Source: Candidatus Bathyarchaeota archaeon (GTDB lineage: Archaea; Thermoproteota; Bathyarchaeia; Bathyarchaeales; Bathycorpusculaceae). From it: a DNA stretch of 64,000 nt. Positions 1-9,677 of this stretch are shown in pieces. How positions within the stretch are numbered: position 1 is the first letter of the stretch; each line of letters begins with the position of its first letter. The stretch spans positions 2,272,001 to 2,336,000 of the forward strand of contig OY970280.1 in NCBI GenBank assembly GCA_963715865.1, given 5' to 3'. A program made the translations under genes and the position numbers. Under the pieces are notes generated by a model. It did not search any database and had not been told where the DNA came from. It saw only the letters and a program-made list of their open reading frames with translations.

Positions 1-1
1 T

Positions 2-445
2 GAAGGCTGCTACTGCATGCCCAACTCCGCTTTGAAGGCAGCGCTGGAATCTTTGACGAAGAACTACAAGTACGTGCTCATCGATTCTCCCGCGGGGCTT
101 GAACACTTGAACAGGCGCATCGCGTCAAAGGTGAATGACGTTTTCGACATTCTTGACCACTCAAAGAAGAGCTTTGAACATGTCAAACGAGCGTACCGCA
201 TCGCCAAAGAAGTCAACATGGAATTTAACAATTTCTACCTCATCGGCGGCTACAGGTTTCCCGCTGAACTCGGCAGTAAAGCTGAGAGCGAATTGAAGTT
301 TAAGTATGTGGGCAAAATCGTTGCTGACGAGCAGGTAGACGATTACGTTCTTAATGGGAAATCATTGCTTGACTTGCCTTCTGACAACGCCGCGTATCTT
401 TCTGTTAAAGCGATAATGAGGGCAACGGGTTACATACAGCAATAA
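2..445 (+). CDS. cooC: CO dehydrogenase/ACS nickel-insertion ATPase CooC/AcsF, 5' end outside the window
   Basis: The frame is open from base 2 and reads EGCYC (CooC Ni-binding CxC motif) before the track's ATG at 17. DSPAGLEHLNRR motif; lies upstream of the cdh operon. Confidence 0.85.
   Translation, partial: EGCYCMPNSALKAALESLTKNYKYVLIDSPAGLEHLNRRIASKVNDVFDILDHSKKSFEHVKRAYRIAKEVNMEFNNFYLIGGYRFPAELGSKAESELKFKYVGKIVADEQVDDYVLNGKSLLDLPSDNAAYLSVKAIMRATGYIQQ
293..445 (+). repeat. Copy 1 of a 153-bp direct repeat (cooC 3' end); copy 2 at 3840-3992
   Basis: Manual codon alignment: 132/153 nt identical, no indels. Confidence 0.95.
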
Positions 446-496
446 AATTGAAGGTCGGGCTGACTATGATTGATGTAGCCCGCGAGGCTGCATGCC

Positions 497-1123
497 TCAT
501 TTTCTCCCTGCGAGGACATCGTCAACTCGAGGGAAAGGAGGACGAGGACCAAACGTGGAGCAAGTTCTGCCAGTGGGGCATACGTCACGGCAATAACTAC
601 ATGTCGAGCAGAGACCTGCCTTTTCTGGGAAAACTGCAATGCATCGGTATACTCCTCTACCAATGAATCCTATAGCGCTTTCCCAATTTGCTTCAACACA
701 ACGACGTACACATAGTCCGCAAAGGATGCATTTTGTTGGGGCCAATGGTACCCTTGACCTGAATCGAGATAAATCCGCGTTATATTCGCTGACCAACGCC
801 CTCATTTTGCTACTGACATCTTCTCCCGCGGATGTGGCAGCTAATTCTAAAATGATCTTTCTTATTTTAACGATTTTGGGAGATCTGGTTTTTACCTTTA
901 ACCCCTCCTCCGCTGGATAGCAACATGAAGCTACCACTTGAGCCCTTCCTCTTTTTTCGATTTCTACACTGCAAAATCGACAGGCACCGTAGGGTTCCAG
1001 TCCTTCATACCAGCATAGGGTTGGGATTTCCACGCCTGCATGCTGCGCCGCCTCTAAAACGGTTGTTCCTTCCTCTGCCTTAACCTCTTTATCATCAATC
1101 TGTAAAGTAATGACTTTCTTCAT
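497..1123 (-). CDS. NuoG-N/HoxU/HydA-N-like Fe-S subunit (2Fe-2S plus 2x4Fe-4S), no catalytic domain
   Basis: IPTLC...GACRFC...ASCC 2Fe-2S motif; CILCGLCVRRC and CSTCSYCRDVCPTG; only 208 aa. Confidence 0.85.
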   Translation of the reverse strand: MKKVITLQIDDKEVKAEEGTTVLEAAQHAGVEIPTLCWYEGLEPYGACRFCSVEIEKRGRAQVVASCCYPAEEGLKVKTRSPKIVKIRKIILELAATSAGEDVSSKMRALVSEYNADLSRFRSRVPLAPTKCILCGLCVRRCVEANWESAIGFIGRGVYRCIAVFPEKAGLCSTCSYCRDVCPTGRTCSTFGPRPPFPRVDDVLAGRK

Positions 1124-1124
1124 T

Positions 1125-3053
1125 CTAGTTCTCTCCTTTCAATTTTCGAATTGGTTTCATTCCTTTTGGTGGAAGCGGAATGGGCTCTCCCGAAAGCTTT
1201 TTCACCGCATGGAAATTGCAAATTTCATAGCATGTCCCACATTTTATGCATTTTTCTTGGTCAATCCAATGAACCTGATCCTTGTCGCCTTGAATAGCTC
1301 CTGCTGGGCATTCCTTTAAGCAAAGGAGGCAAGCTTGACATTTCTCTGGATTTATGTAAAAATCTATCAGAGCTTTACAAACGTTAGCTGGGCAACGTTT
1401 CTCTATTATGTGCTGCTCCCATTCGTCTCTGAAATACTTCAGAGATGTGAGGACAGGATTTGCTGCGGTTCTGCCCAATGCGCAGAGTAAAACCTCCCTC
1501 ATTGTTTCAGCTATCTCTTCAGTTGTCTGTATGTCCTCACTTTTCCCTTTGCCAGCGCAGATATCACTTAGAATGCTGGAGAGCACTCTCAGCCCTTCAC
1601 GACAGGGGATACATTTTCCGCAGGATTCCTCGAGGAGGAAATCGACAAAATATCTAGCAACATCTACCATGCAGGTGTCTTCGTCCATGACTACCATGCC
1701 TCCAGAGCCCATCATTGAGCCAACTTTTACAAGTTCATCGTAGTCTACTGGAATATCGAGGTGCTGCTCTGGGATGAAGCCTCCAGACGGCCCTCCGATC
1801 TGAACAGCTTTAAACTTCTTGCCGTCTCTAATGCCTCCACCTATCTTAAAGATTAAATCCCGAAGAGTTATTCCCATAGGCACCTCAACTAAACCTGTGT
1901 TGTTAACTTTCCCAACGAGGGAGAAGATCATAGTTCCGCTGTTGCCTTCGGTTCCTATGCTCCTAAACCACTCAGCGCCTTTAAGGACTATTAGAGGGAT
2001 GGTAGCCCACGTCTTAACGTTGTTGAGGAGGCTAGGCTTATCCCAAAGGCCTTTAACCGCTGTGTGAACGTATTTGGGTCTGGGTTCACCAACCTTCCCC
2101 TCGATTGCTGTCATAAGAGCGCTAGATTCTCCTGAGACAAAAGCTCCTGCACCCTTGTGAACCTTAACCCTGAGGCTTAGACTCGAGCCAATAATGTCTT
2201 CGCCGAGCAACCCGTACTCTTCAGCCTGCCTTATAGCTGTGGATATGTTTTCTACAGCTATAGGATACTCTTCCCTAACGTAAACAAAGCCTTCATTGGC
2301 TCCAATCGCATACGCGCCTATTATGAGACCTTCGAGCACACTATGAGGATTACCTTCCATCAGAGATCTATCCATAAAGGCTCCTGGGTCTCCTTCATCA
2401 CAGTTAACGATGACATACTTAGGCTCGCCAGGTGCGTTCCGCGTGGTTTCCCACTTTAACCCCGTTGGAAATCCTCCTCCACCCCTTCCCCGCAGTTTTG
2501 ACTTTTTAACTTCCTCAACCACCTGTTCAGGTGTCATTTCGAAGAGGACTTTGGCAAGGGCGCTGTATCCCCCTAGAGCAATGTAATCTTCGATATTCTT
2601 TGGGTCTATTTTCGCGTTATTTTCCAGAAGCAATCTACGCTGGTATTTGTAGAAGGGTATGTCCTCAAGCTTCTGCACTTCTTTGCCGGTGGCTGGGTCT
2701 TTGTATAGCAACCGTTCCACAACTTTCTTTTCAAGAATGCTTTTAGAAACAATTTCCGGGGCATCTTCAGGCTTAACCTTAAAATAACAGATTTCTTCTG
2801 GATAGATCGTTACCCTTGGTCCCTGCTCACAGAAGCCCAAGCATCCTGTTTCCTTAATTTCCACTTGATCTTTTAGTCCTTGCTTCTCCAGTTCGGCTAT
2901 GAAAGCTTCCTTAACCTTCGAAGCGTCAAGCGCAACACAGCCTGTGCTAACACAAACCGAGACGCTGGATTTACTCGGTTTTCTCTTGGACTTGATTTCT
3001 TCGCGAAGCTTTTCGAGGTCTTTAGGTGATCGTATACACTTAACGGTTTCCAT
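1125..3053 (-). CDS. NuoF/HydB-type FMN/NAD(H)-binding subunit with N-terminal thioredoxin-like 2Fe-2S and C-terminal 2x4Fe-4S domains
   Basis: GRGGGGFPTGLKW, NCDEGDPGAFMDR, ESCGKCIPCREG, HIIEKRCPANVC, CQACLLCLKECP, CIKCGTCYEIC. Confidence 0.92.
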   Translation of the reverse strand: METVKCIRSPKDLEKLREEIKSKRKPSKSSVSVCVSTGCVALDASKVKEAFIAELEKQGLKDQVEIKETGCLGFCEQGPRVTIYPEEICYFKVKPEDAPEIVSKSILEKKVVERLLYKDPATGKEVQKLEDIPFYKYQRRLLLENNAKIDPKNIEDYIALGGYSALAKVLFEMTPEQVVEEVKKSKLRGRGGGGFPTGLKWETTRNAPGEPKYVIVNCDEGDPGAFMDRSLMEGNPHSVLEGLIIGAYAIGANEGFVYVREEYPIAVENISTAIRQAEEYGLLGEDIIGSSLSLRVKVHKGAGAFVSGESSALMTAIEGKVGEPRPKYVHTAVKGLWDKPSLLNNVKTWATIPLIVLKGAEWFRSIGTEGNSGTMIFSLVGKVNNTGLVEVPMGITLRDLIFKIGGGIRDGKKFKAVQIGGPSGGFIPEQHLDIPVDYDELVKVGSMMGSGGMVVMDEDTCMVDVARYFVDFLLEESCGKCIPCREGLRVLSSILSDICAGKGKSEDIQTTEEIAETMREVLLCALGRTAANPVLTSLKYFRDEWEQHIIEKRCPANVCKALIDFYINPEKCQACLLCLKECPAGAIQGDKDQVHWIDQEKCIKCGTCYEICNFHAVKKLSGEPIPLPPKGMKPIRKLKGEN

Positions 3054-3066
3054 GTTTATTCACCTG

Positions 3067-3714
3067 CTACGTATATTTAGATAGAATTCTTTTCACGGCG
3101 AGCAGCTTTAAGTTTCCATAGTATTCGCCGTCAATAGTCATCATTGGGCCGAGAGCGCAACAGCCTAAACAGTTGACTGTTTCAAGACTGAATCTGCCGT
3201 CTGGGGTGACTTCACCCGTATCTATGTCGAGAAAGCTCTGCAACTTCTCAAGGATTATTGGCGCACCTCTCACTTTACAGGAAGTTCCCGTGCAAACCCT
3301 TATTAGATGTCTCCCTCGCGGACTGAGAGAGAAGGCTTTGTAAAAGGTTGCGACTTGGTATACTTGATTGATAGGTATCCCCAGCTGTTTGCTTACTTCT
3401 GATAGCATTTCCATCGGAAGCCAGCCGAAATTCTTTTGCAATCTCAAAAGGATTTGAATTAACATGCTTTTGTCGTATTGGTAGTCCTCTATTGTCTTAT
3501 TCACTATTCCAGCAATACCACGCAATTTTACATGTTGCTCTTTTAATGAGAATTTGCTTTTCAACTCCATATCCAACCCTTTTCGACGTAACATTTGAGC
3601 TTTTTCTTCAGGAATCCTAACCTTGTAACGGCATGTAGGGCAGGTGGCATAATGCTCGTTCTCGCCTTGGTAATCCCATCTATAGTCACAATGTTGACAT
3701 ATGAGCAATACCAT
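3067..3714 (-). CDS. NuoE/HydC-type 2Fe-2S subunit with an in-frame N-terminal zinc ribbon
   Basis: VATFYKAF, CTGTSCKVRG, VNCLGCCALGP; N-terminal CQHC...CPTC. Confidence 0.88.
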   Translation of the reverse strand: MVLLICQHCDYRWDYQGENEHYATCPTCRYKVRIPEEKAQMLRRKGLDMELKSKFSLKEQHVKLRGIAGIVNKTIEDYQYDKSMLIQILLRLQKNFGWLPMEMLSEVSKQLGIPINQVYQVATFYKAFSLSPRGRHLIRVCTGTSCKVRGAPIILEKLQSFLDIDTGEVTPDGRFSLETVNCLGCCALGPMMTIDGEYYGNLKLLAVKRILSKYT

Positions 3715-3755
3715 TTTACTACCTACCTACCTAGGAAGTCATGCATCTGTAAGTG

Positions 3756-3770
3756 CTATAAGAGCTTTTC
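3756..3770 (-). promoter_or_regulatory. Putative BRE-TATA for the nuoEFG-like operon
   Basis: Minus strand reads GAAAAGCTCTTATAG about 40 nt upstream of the ATG at 3714. Confidence 0.4.
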
Positions 3771-3839
3771 GATTTAGAGCGCGCGCACGAGAAACGGCTG
3801 GGAACATTGACGAATGGATTTTTATTTCGGACGCGAACT

Positions 3840-3992
3840 TTGAAGTTTAAGTATTTGAGCAAGATGGCTGCTGATGAGCAACTGGACGAGTACGTTCTTA
3901 ATGGGCAGTCACTGCTTGATTTGCCTTCTGACAATGCCGCGTATCTTTCTGTTAAGGCTATCATGAAGGCGACGGGTTACATAAAGCAATAA
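3840..3992 (+). pseudogene. cooC: Orphan 3' fragment of a second cooC copy
   Basis: Encodes LKFKYLSKMAADEQLDEYVLNGQSLLDLPSDNAAYLSVKAIMKATGYIKQ*, matching the last 50 aa of the cooC at 2-445; clear similarity stops upstream of 3840. Confidence 0.9.
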
Positions 3993-4072
3993 CCCCAGTT
4001 CTTATGTACAAGATTGCGTTTTTGAAGCTTACATTCTTCAACGTGAACCATGACTATACAACGGGAACTCTG

Positions 4073-4086
4073 GAAAGGTTTAAAAC
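4073..4086 (+). promoter_or_regulatory. Putative BRE-TATA of the cdh operon; SD GGAGGT at 4120-4125
   Basis: GAAAGGTTTAAAAC about 40-45 nt upstream of the cdhA TTG starts (4126 or 4132). Confidence 0.5.
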
Positions 4087-4125
4087 GGTGTAGTGTTAGG
4101 TATTCTCTAAAACCTTAACGGAGGT

Positions 4126-6482
4126 TTGACATTGACCAGCAAAAATGTACACGTAAAGATAGATGAAATGAAGACTAGTACTGGTCTTATTAAGAACCTT
4201 GAAGTTTCTATAGGAAAAATTGTTAATGACAACTGGACCGAGCCCATGGGACCCACCCCAATGCCCTCACTAACAACCTTGAGGGACTGGGACATGAAGC
4301 TCCTCACCAGATACAAGCCCTTCTATATGCCTGATTGTGACCTCTGCTGCCTCTGCACTTATGGAAAATGCGATTTGACAGCTGGTAAACGTGGAGCTTG
4401 CGGTTTAGATATCGGTGCCCAATCGTCTCGTATAGTGCTTTTGGCTTGCAGTATTGGAGCGGCAACCCACACAGGTCACGCCCGTCATGTTGTTGACCAC
4501 TTGATCGAGAAATATGGTCGAAAGCATCCTATTGATGTAGGCGGCTTAAACGTTAAGGTTGAAGCTCCAGTAACGAGACTTGTCACTGGAATAAAACCTG
4601 AAACTCTTGGCGACCTAGAGGAAGTTTTGGAATACTGCGAAATGCAGATTACTCATTTACTCTCAGTTGCGCATACAGGCCAAGAAGGAAACAATTTGGA
4701 TTTTGAATCAAAGGCTTTTCATGCTGGTAGAATTGACCAAGTAGGCATGGAAGTCGCGGATATAGCTCAAATCTCAACACTAAACTTCCCGAAAGCTGAT
4801 CCTGAAGCGCCACTCATCAAAATGGGTATTGGATCTGTCGACACATCAAAACCAGTCATCATGTGCATCGGTCATAACGTCGTGCCCTCAGTTGGAATTA
4901 TCGATTACATGAAAGAAAGCAAGCTTGACGACAAAATGGAAGTCGTGGGATTATGTTGTACTGCCTTCGACAACACAAGATATTACGACCGAGCAAAAAT
5001 CGTCGGTCCAATCTCATGGCAACTACGCTTCATACGTGGAGGATTCGCAGATGTAGTCGTCCTTGACGAGCAATGTGTCCGAACAGATGCTTTTGATGAA
5101 GCACGCAAAGTTCGCGCTCCAGTCATCGCCGCGTCAGAGAAGAACTGTATGGGCTTTAAGAACCGCACAAACGACCCGGCAGACGAAATCGTCGCTGACC
5201 TTGTAAGCGGCAAAGTACCTGGTGTACTCATTCTTGACCCTGAAAAAGTCGGCGAAGTAGCAGTCAAAGTTGCAAAGCAAATAGCACCTATACGCAAGAA
5301 AATGACTAATCTTCCCACGATCGATGAAATAAAATCTCTTGCTAAAACCTGCAGACAATGCAACCTTTGCCAGAGAAGCTGTCCACAGGACCTTAGAATC
5401 CCCGCCGCGCTGAAAGCCGCCGCTGAAGGAAACCTTGCGCCATTAACTGACTTGTATGAAGAATGTATCGGTTGCGGACGCTGTGAAGAAGCATGCCCAG
5501 TCAAACTACAAATACACAGCTTCATAGTCAAAGCTGGCGAGAAGTCAATGACGGAAGAAAAGAACTTATGCCGTGCAGGCAGAGGCGCCGTCCAAGACAT
5601 AGAAATACGCAATGTCGGCAGCCCAATCGTACTCGGAGAAATTCCCGGCATACTTGCAGTCGTGGGTTGCGCAAACTATCCACATGGCGGCAAAGATGTC
5701 TATGATATATGCAGAGAATTTGCTCTACAGACGCTTTATAGTGGTAACATCAGGTTGCTCGGCCATGTCCGCAGGAAGCTACAGAAATGAAGAAGGCAAA
5801 ACATTATACGAGGAATTCTCAGGCGGATTTGAGGCTGGAGGAGTACTTAACGTCGGTTCATGTGTTGCAAATGCGCATATTGCAGGCGCCGCCATCAAAG
5901 TCGCTAACATCTTTGCAAAGAGGAACTTGCGAGGTAACTACGAGGAAATAGCTGATTATATCCATAACCGTGTAGGCGCAGTCGGCTTAGCTTGGGGTGC
6001 ATACTCGCAGAAAGCAGCATCAATTGCTTCTGGCTTCTGGAGTTTAGGCGTTCCAGTACTCGTTGGTCCACACGGCAGCAAATACCGGCGCATGCTCCTT
6101 GGTAGAGAGGACAAGCCTGAAGATTGGGAAGTTTACGATGCACGCACAGGCAACAAAGTAAACATCGGGCCAGTCTCCCGAACACTTGTTCCAAACAGTT
6201 GAAACACCACAAGAAGCAATGGTCGCCATCGCAAAACTATGCATCAGACCAAACGACACTTGGAAAGGACGCAGCATAAAACTAAGCCACTACGTAGACT
6301 TACACAAACGCTACTATGGATGCATGCCGCAGGACTTGCACTTGTTCGTGCGAACAATGGCTGATGTGCCAATGACACTGAAAGAAGAATTCACCAAGAT
6401 ACTGGAAGAGAAAGGCTGGAAGGAAACTGTGATTCCTGACCCAACATTGCTTCCAAGAATGATTCGTAAAATGAAGGAGTGA
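4126..6482 (+). CDS. cdhA: ACDS complex CODH alpha subunit, split into three track ORFs by +1 insertions near 5728 and 6176
   Basis: CDLCCLCTYGKC, GHN, CCTA, DEQC, 2x4Fe-4S, GCAN in 4126-5790; TSGC, GSCV, SQK in 5612-6202; C-terminus in 6186-6482. Removing one base at each site gives EFALRRFIVVTSGC and GPVPEHLFQTVE and a single ORF of about 784 aa. Confidence 0.93.
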
Positions 6483-6488
6483 TAAGAC

Positions 6489-7032
6489 ATGTCTTGTGAA
6501 CCTTGGCAATGTGCAGAAATAGCTGCTACAAAGAAAGCAAACCCCATACAGAAACCTGAGATAGCAGTAGCAATGATAAAGAAAGCATCACGCCCCATCC
6601 TCATTGTAGGTAGTAATGCTACTGAACGCTGGATGGAAGGCAAGCCACTAATCGAGTACCTTATTGACTTCGCTAACGCGTCAAAAGTTCCAGTAGTCGC
6701 CACAGCGCACATGGTTGGCGAATTCCTAAAACGTGGTTATCAACCAGCAGGCTTTATGTCTGCAATGGACATCGGTAACAGGCTTGTTGATCCTGAATGG
6801 CAAGGACTCGACGGCAAAGGTCACCCTGACTTGGTTTTGTTCGTCGGTTTGCCATACTACATGGAAGCATTAATACTCTCAGGACTCAAGCACTTTGCTC
6901 CAGTTCTCAAAACCATGACCTTGGACAACCTTGTATCATCCGCATGCAAGCTGGTCTTTCCCAAACGCAACCTTGGAGGAATGGGCTGCAAATCTCAAAG
7001 TCATAACTTCAAAATTTGAAGGAGGACAATAA
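6489..7032 (+). CDS. cdhB: ACDS epsilon subunit, +1 insertion near 6930
   Basis: EPWQCAE, RPILIVG, DGKGHPDLVLFVG. Removing one C at about 6930 gives LDNLYHPHASWSFPN...EGGQ* ending at 7032, 3 nt before cdhC. Confidence 0.9.
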
Positions 7033-7035
7033 AAA

Positions 7036-8445
7036 ATGTCAATGTTTAAAGATATACCTGTTGATGTTGGCGTAATCTACGAAGGAGAACGCATCAGAAG
7101 AAACGACATGCAAGTAGAATTTGGCGGTCCAACAGTTAAAGAAAAGTTTGAACTAGCAAAAGTAAAACCCATGAACGAAATCGAAGACGGCAAAATCACC
7201 ATAATCGGCCCAGACATCAAAGACCTCAAAGAAGGCGACGCATTTTCACTAGGCATCTTAGTGGAAGCTGCAGGCGCAACACTTGACCAAGGACTCGAAG
7301 GAGTAATTGAAAGACGCATCCACGGCTACCTAAACTACATCGAAGGCTTCATGCACCTAAACCAACGCTATGACATCTGGATACGCTTAAGCAAAAAATC
7401 ATTCCAAAAAGGCTTAAACAGTTTTGAATCAATCGGCAAAGTACTCTACCGCTTATTCAAAAGCGAATTACCCATAATTGAGAAAGTACAAATTACCTTC
7501 ATAACAGACCCAGCAAAAGTGGCCGAGCTCTACCCGAATGCTATGCAAGATTACGAATCACGCGACGCTAAAGCGAGAGGCCTCAAAGATGAAGACGTCG
7601 ATAAATTCTACGGTTGCACCCTATGTCAATCATTCGCTCCAACCCACGTTTGCGTAATTACCCCACAAAGATACTCTAACTGCGGAGCCATCAGCTGGTT
7701 TGACGGAAAAGCCTCAGCAAACGTCGATCCTAAAGGACCAGTATTCGCAATCGACAGAGGCGAATTAATAAACGCTGAAAAAGGCGAGTTCAGCGGCGTT
7801 AACGAAGTCGTTAAAAAACGCACTATGGGAGAAGTAACCCAAGTCTGGCTGTACACAGCGTTCGATCACCCACACACTTCATGCGGATGCTTCGAGGCAG
7901 TAGCATTCTACATTCCAGAAGTAGACGGCTTCGGCGTCGTAAACAGAAGCTTCAAAGGCGTAACAGTAAACGGCTTACCATTCTCAACACTCGCTGACTC
8001 TACTGCCGGAGGACGACAAATAGACGGCTTCCATGGAATGTCGATTGAATACATGCGTAGCAAGAAGTTCCTATCTGCAGACGGCGGATGGAACCGCATA
8101 GTCTGGCTTCCAAAGGAAGTTAAAGAACGAGTAAAAGACTTCATACCCCAAGACGTCATTGACAAAATTGCCACCGAAGAAAACGCAACTGGCGTCGACG
8201 CATTGAAAGCATTCCTGAAGGACAAGAATCACCCAGTAGTCGCAAGATGGGTAGCTGAAGAAGCTCCAGCAGCAGAAGCCGTAGAAGTTAAAGAAGAAGC
8301 AGCGGGCACAATGATGCCAGTTGCCACAGCAGCGTCACTGCCAATAATGGCTGGCGGATTCAAAATCATCCTCAAAGATGCAAAAATCTACGCTAACAAA
8401 GTCATAATAACAACCGTAAAGAGCGAAAAACAAGAGAAACGGTGA
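7036..8445 (+). CDS. cdhC: ACDS beta subunit (acetyl-CoA synthase)
   Basis: IYEGERIRR, FYGCTLCQSFAPTHVC, NCGAISW, HTSCGCFE (A-cluster ligands). Confidence 0.95.
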   Translation: MSMFKDIPVDVGVIYEGERIRRNDMQVEFGGPTVKEKFELAKVKPMNEIEDGKITIIGPDIKDLKEGDAFSLGILVEAAGATLDQGLEGVIERRIHGYLNYIEGFMHLNQRYDIWIRLSKKSFQKGLNSFESIGKVLYRLFKSELPIIEKVQITFITDPAKVAELYPNAMQDYESRDAKARGLKDEDVDKFYGCTLCQSFAPTHVCVITPQRYSNCGAISWFDGKASANVDPKGPVFAIDRGELINAEKGEFSGVNEVVKKRTMGEVTQVWLYTAFDHPHTSCGCFEAVAFYIPEVDGFGVVNRSFKGVTVNGLPFSTLADSTAGGRQIDGFHGMSIEYMRSKKFLSADGGWNRIVWLPKEVKERVKDFIPQDVIDKIATEENATGVDALKAFLKDKNHPVVARWVAEEAPAAEAVEVKEEAAGTMMPVATAASLPIMAGGFKIILKDAKIYANKVIITTVKSEKQEKR

Positions 8446-9671
8446 CCCAATTGCCTCAAGACGGCGACAAGAAAAAAGAGGATGAAGGATTAAAACTCAG
8501 CAGTGACCTACTGGAAGCGCTTGCAAAATTCCAACAGATCGAGCTGCAAGACTTCGAAATGGATGTCAAAGAACTGGAAATAATCTTTGAGCCGGGAATG
8601 GCTGGGCAAATAATGCCAAAAATAAAGCTTCCAGGCATAGCAGGCGGAAAACCAACCGCCATGCTGCAGACAGCTTTCATACCTCCAGTCGAAACCTATC
8701 CAAACAAGATCACTGAAGTAAAACTTGGAGCAACCAGAAGCGAAGGCGGAACACGCGGAAAATCACTAATAATAGGCGGCGAAACATCGCCTGCATTCTA
8801 CAATTTTGAGCGACCAACCACTCACAAACCCGTAATCACTCTTGACGTTTTCGACATGGAAGTTCCATTAAGCAAAGCGGTAAAAATGCACGTCAAAGAT
8901 GTCGTCGGTGACCCAGCGGCATGGGCAAAGCTTGCGGTGGACAAGTTCGACGCAGACATGGTTACAATTCACTTAATCAGCATCGACCCGTTACTCAAGG
9001 ATGCTACACCAAAAGATGCAGTGAAAACAGTTGAAAAAGTTCTGCAAGCCGTTGACGTCCCGCTAGTTATCGGCGGTTGCGGTGACCCAGTTAAAGACGC
9101 AGATGTTTTTGAGGCAATCTGCGAAGCTTTCCCAGGCGAACGTTTCCTGATTAGTTCAATAACACGGGATATGGATGTTGAGCGCTGTGCAAAATACGTT
9201 AAAAAGAACGGGCATATCGCGTTATCATTCACTCCGATGGATTTGAATTTGGCACGGGAACTTAACAGGCGATTATACGATTTCATGGGCAGGGAAGACA
9301 TTGTCATGGACTTAACCACTGCCGCATTAGGCTACGGCTTAGACTACGCATTCACTAACATGGAACGCGCTAGGCTCGGCGGATTAATGGGCGATGTTGA
9401 ATTAGCTCACCCAATGTCTTCGGGAACAACTAATGCTTGGGCGGCACGTGAAGCTTGGCTGAAAATGTCTGCTGAATGGGAACCACGAGAGCTCCGAGGT
9501 CCACTGTGGGAAGTGACAACAGCTTTAACACTATTATTGACTGGCGTTGACTTGTTCATGATGATGCACCCGGCAGCAGTAAAAACCCTCAAGGACGTTA
9601 CAAACTACCTAACAAGCGGCAAAAAAGCAGACGCCTCCAAATTTGCTGAATGGGTCAGCGTAAAGGCTTAA
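8442..9671 (+). CDS. cdhD: ACDS delta subunit (corrinoid Fe-S protein small subunit)
   Basis: LGATRSEGGTRG, ALGYGLDY, TNAWAAREAW, GPLWE, MMHP; GTG start overlaps the cdhC stop. Confidence 0.95.
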   Translation: MTQLPQDGDKKKEDEGLKLSSDLLEALAKFQQIELQDFEMDVKELEIIFEPGMAGQIMPKIKLPGIAGGKPTAMLQTAFIPPVETYPNKITEVKLGATRSEGGTRGKSLIIGGETSPAFYNFERPTTHKPVITLDVFDMEVPLSKAVKMHVKDVVGDPAAWAKLAVDKFDADMVTIHLISIDPLLKDATPKDAVKTVEKVLQAVDVPLVIGGCGDPVKDADVFEAICEAFPGERFLISSITRDMDVERCAKYVKKNGHIALSFTPMDLNLARELNRRLYDFMGREDIVMDLTTAALGYGLDYAFTNMERARLGGLMGDVELAHPMSSGTTNAWAAREAWLKMSAEWEPRELRGPLWEVTTALTLLLTGVDLFMMMHPAAVKTLKDVTNYLTSGKKADASKFAEWVSVKA

Positions 9672-9677
9672 AGGAGT

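Noticed and set aside
497-3714. Part of respiratory complex I
   Set aside because: No nuoA-D or nuoH-N genes, and the NuoF homologue has extra FeS domains typical of soluble HydB-like proteins.
3720-3733. (ACCT)n microsatellite upstream of nuoE as a phase-variation switch
   Set aside because: Only about three units, too short to be a credible contingency locus.
4983-5651. 222-aa minus-strand ORF, and similar long antisense ORFs at 28815-29375, 50222-50728 and 55931-56323
   Set aside because: They lie wholly opposite well-supported genes, are Ser/Pro-rich and have no motifs: shadow ORFs.
5720-6202. Programmed frameshifting or selenocysteine read-through in cdhA
   Set aside because: No slippery heptamer at either site. 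Homology switches frame upstream of the stops (TAA at 5788, TGA at 6200), so read-through would not restore the protein. The same +1 lesion occurs in unrelated genes.
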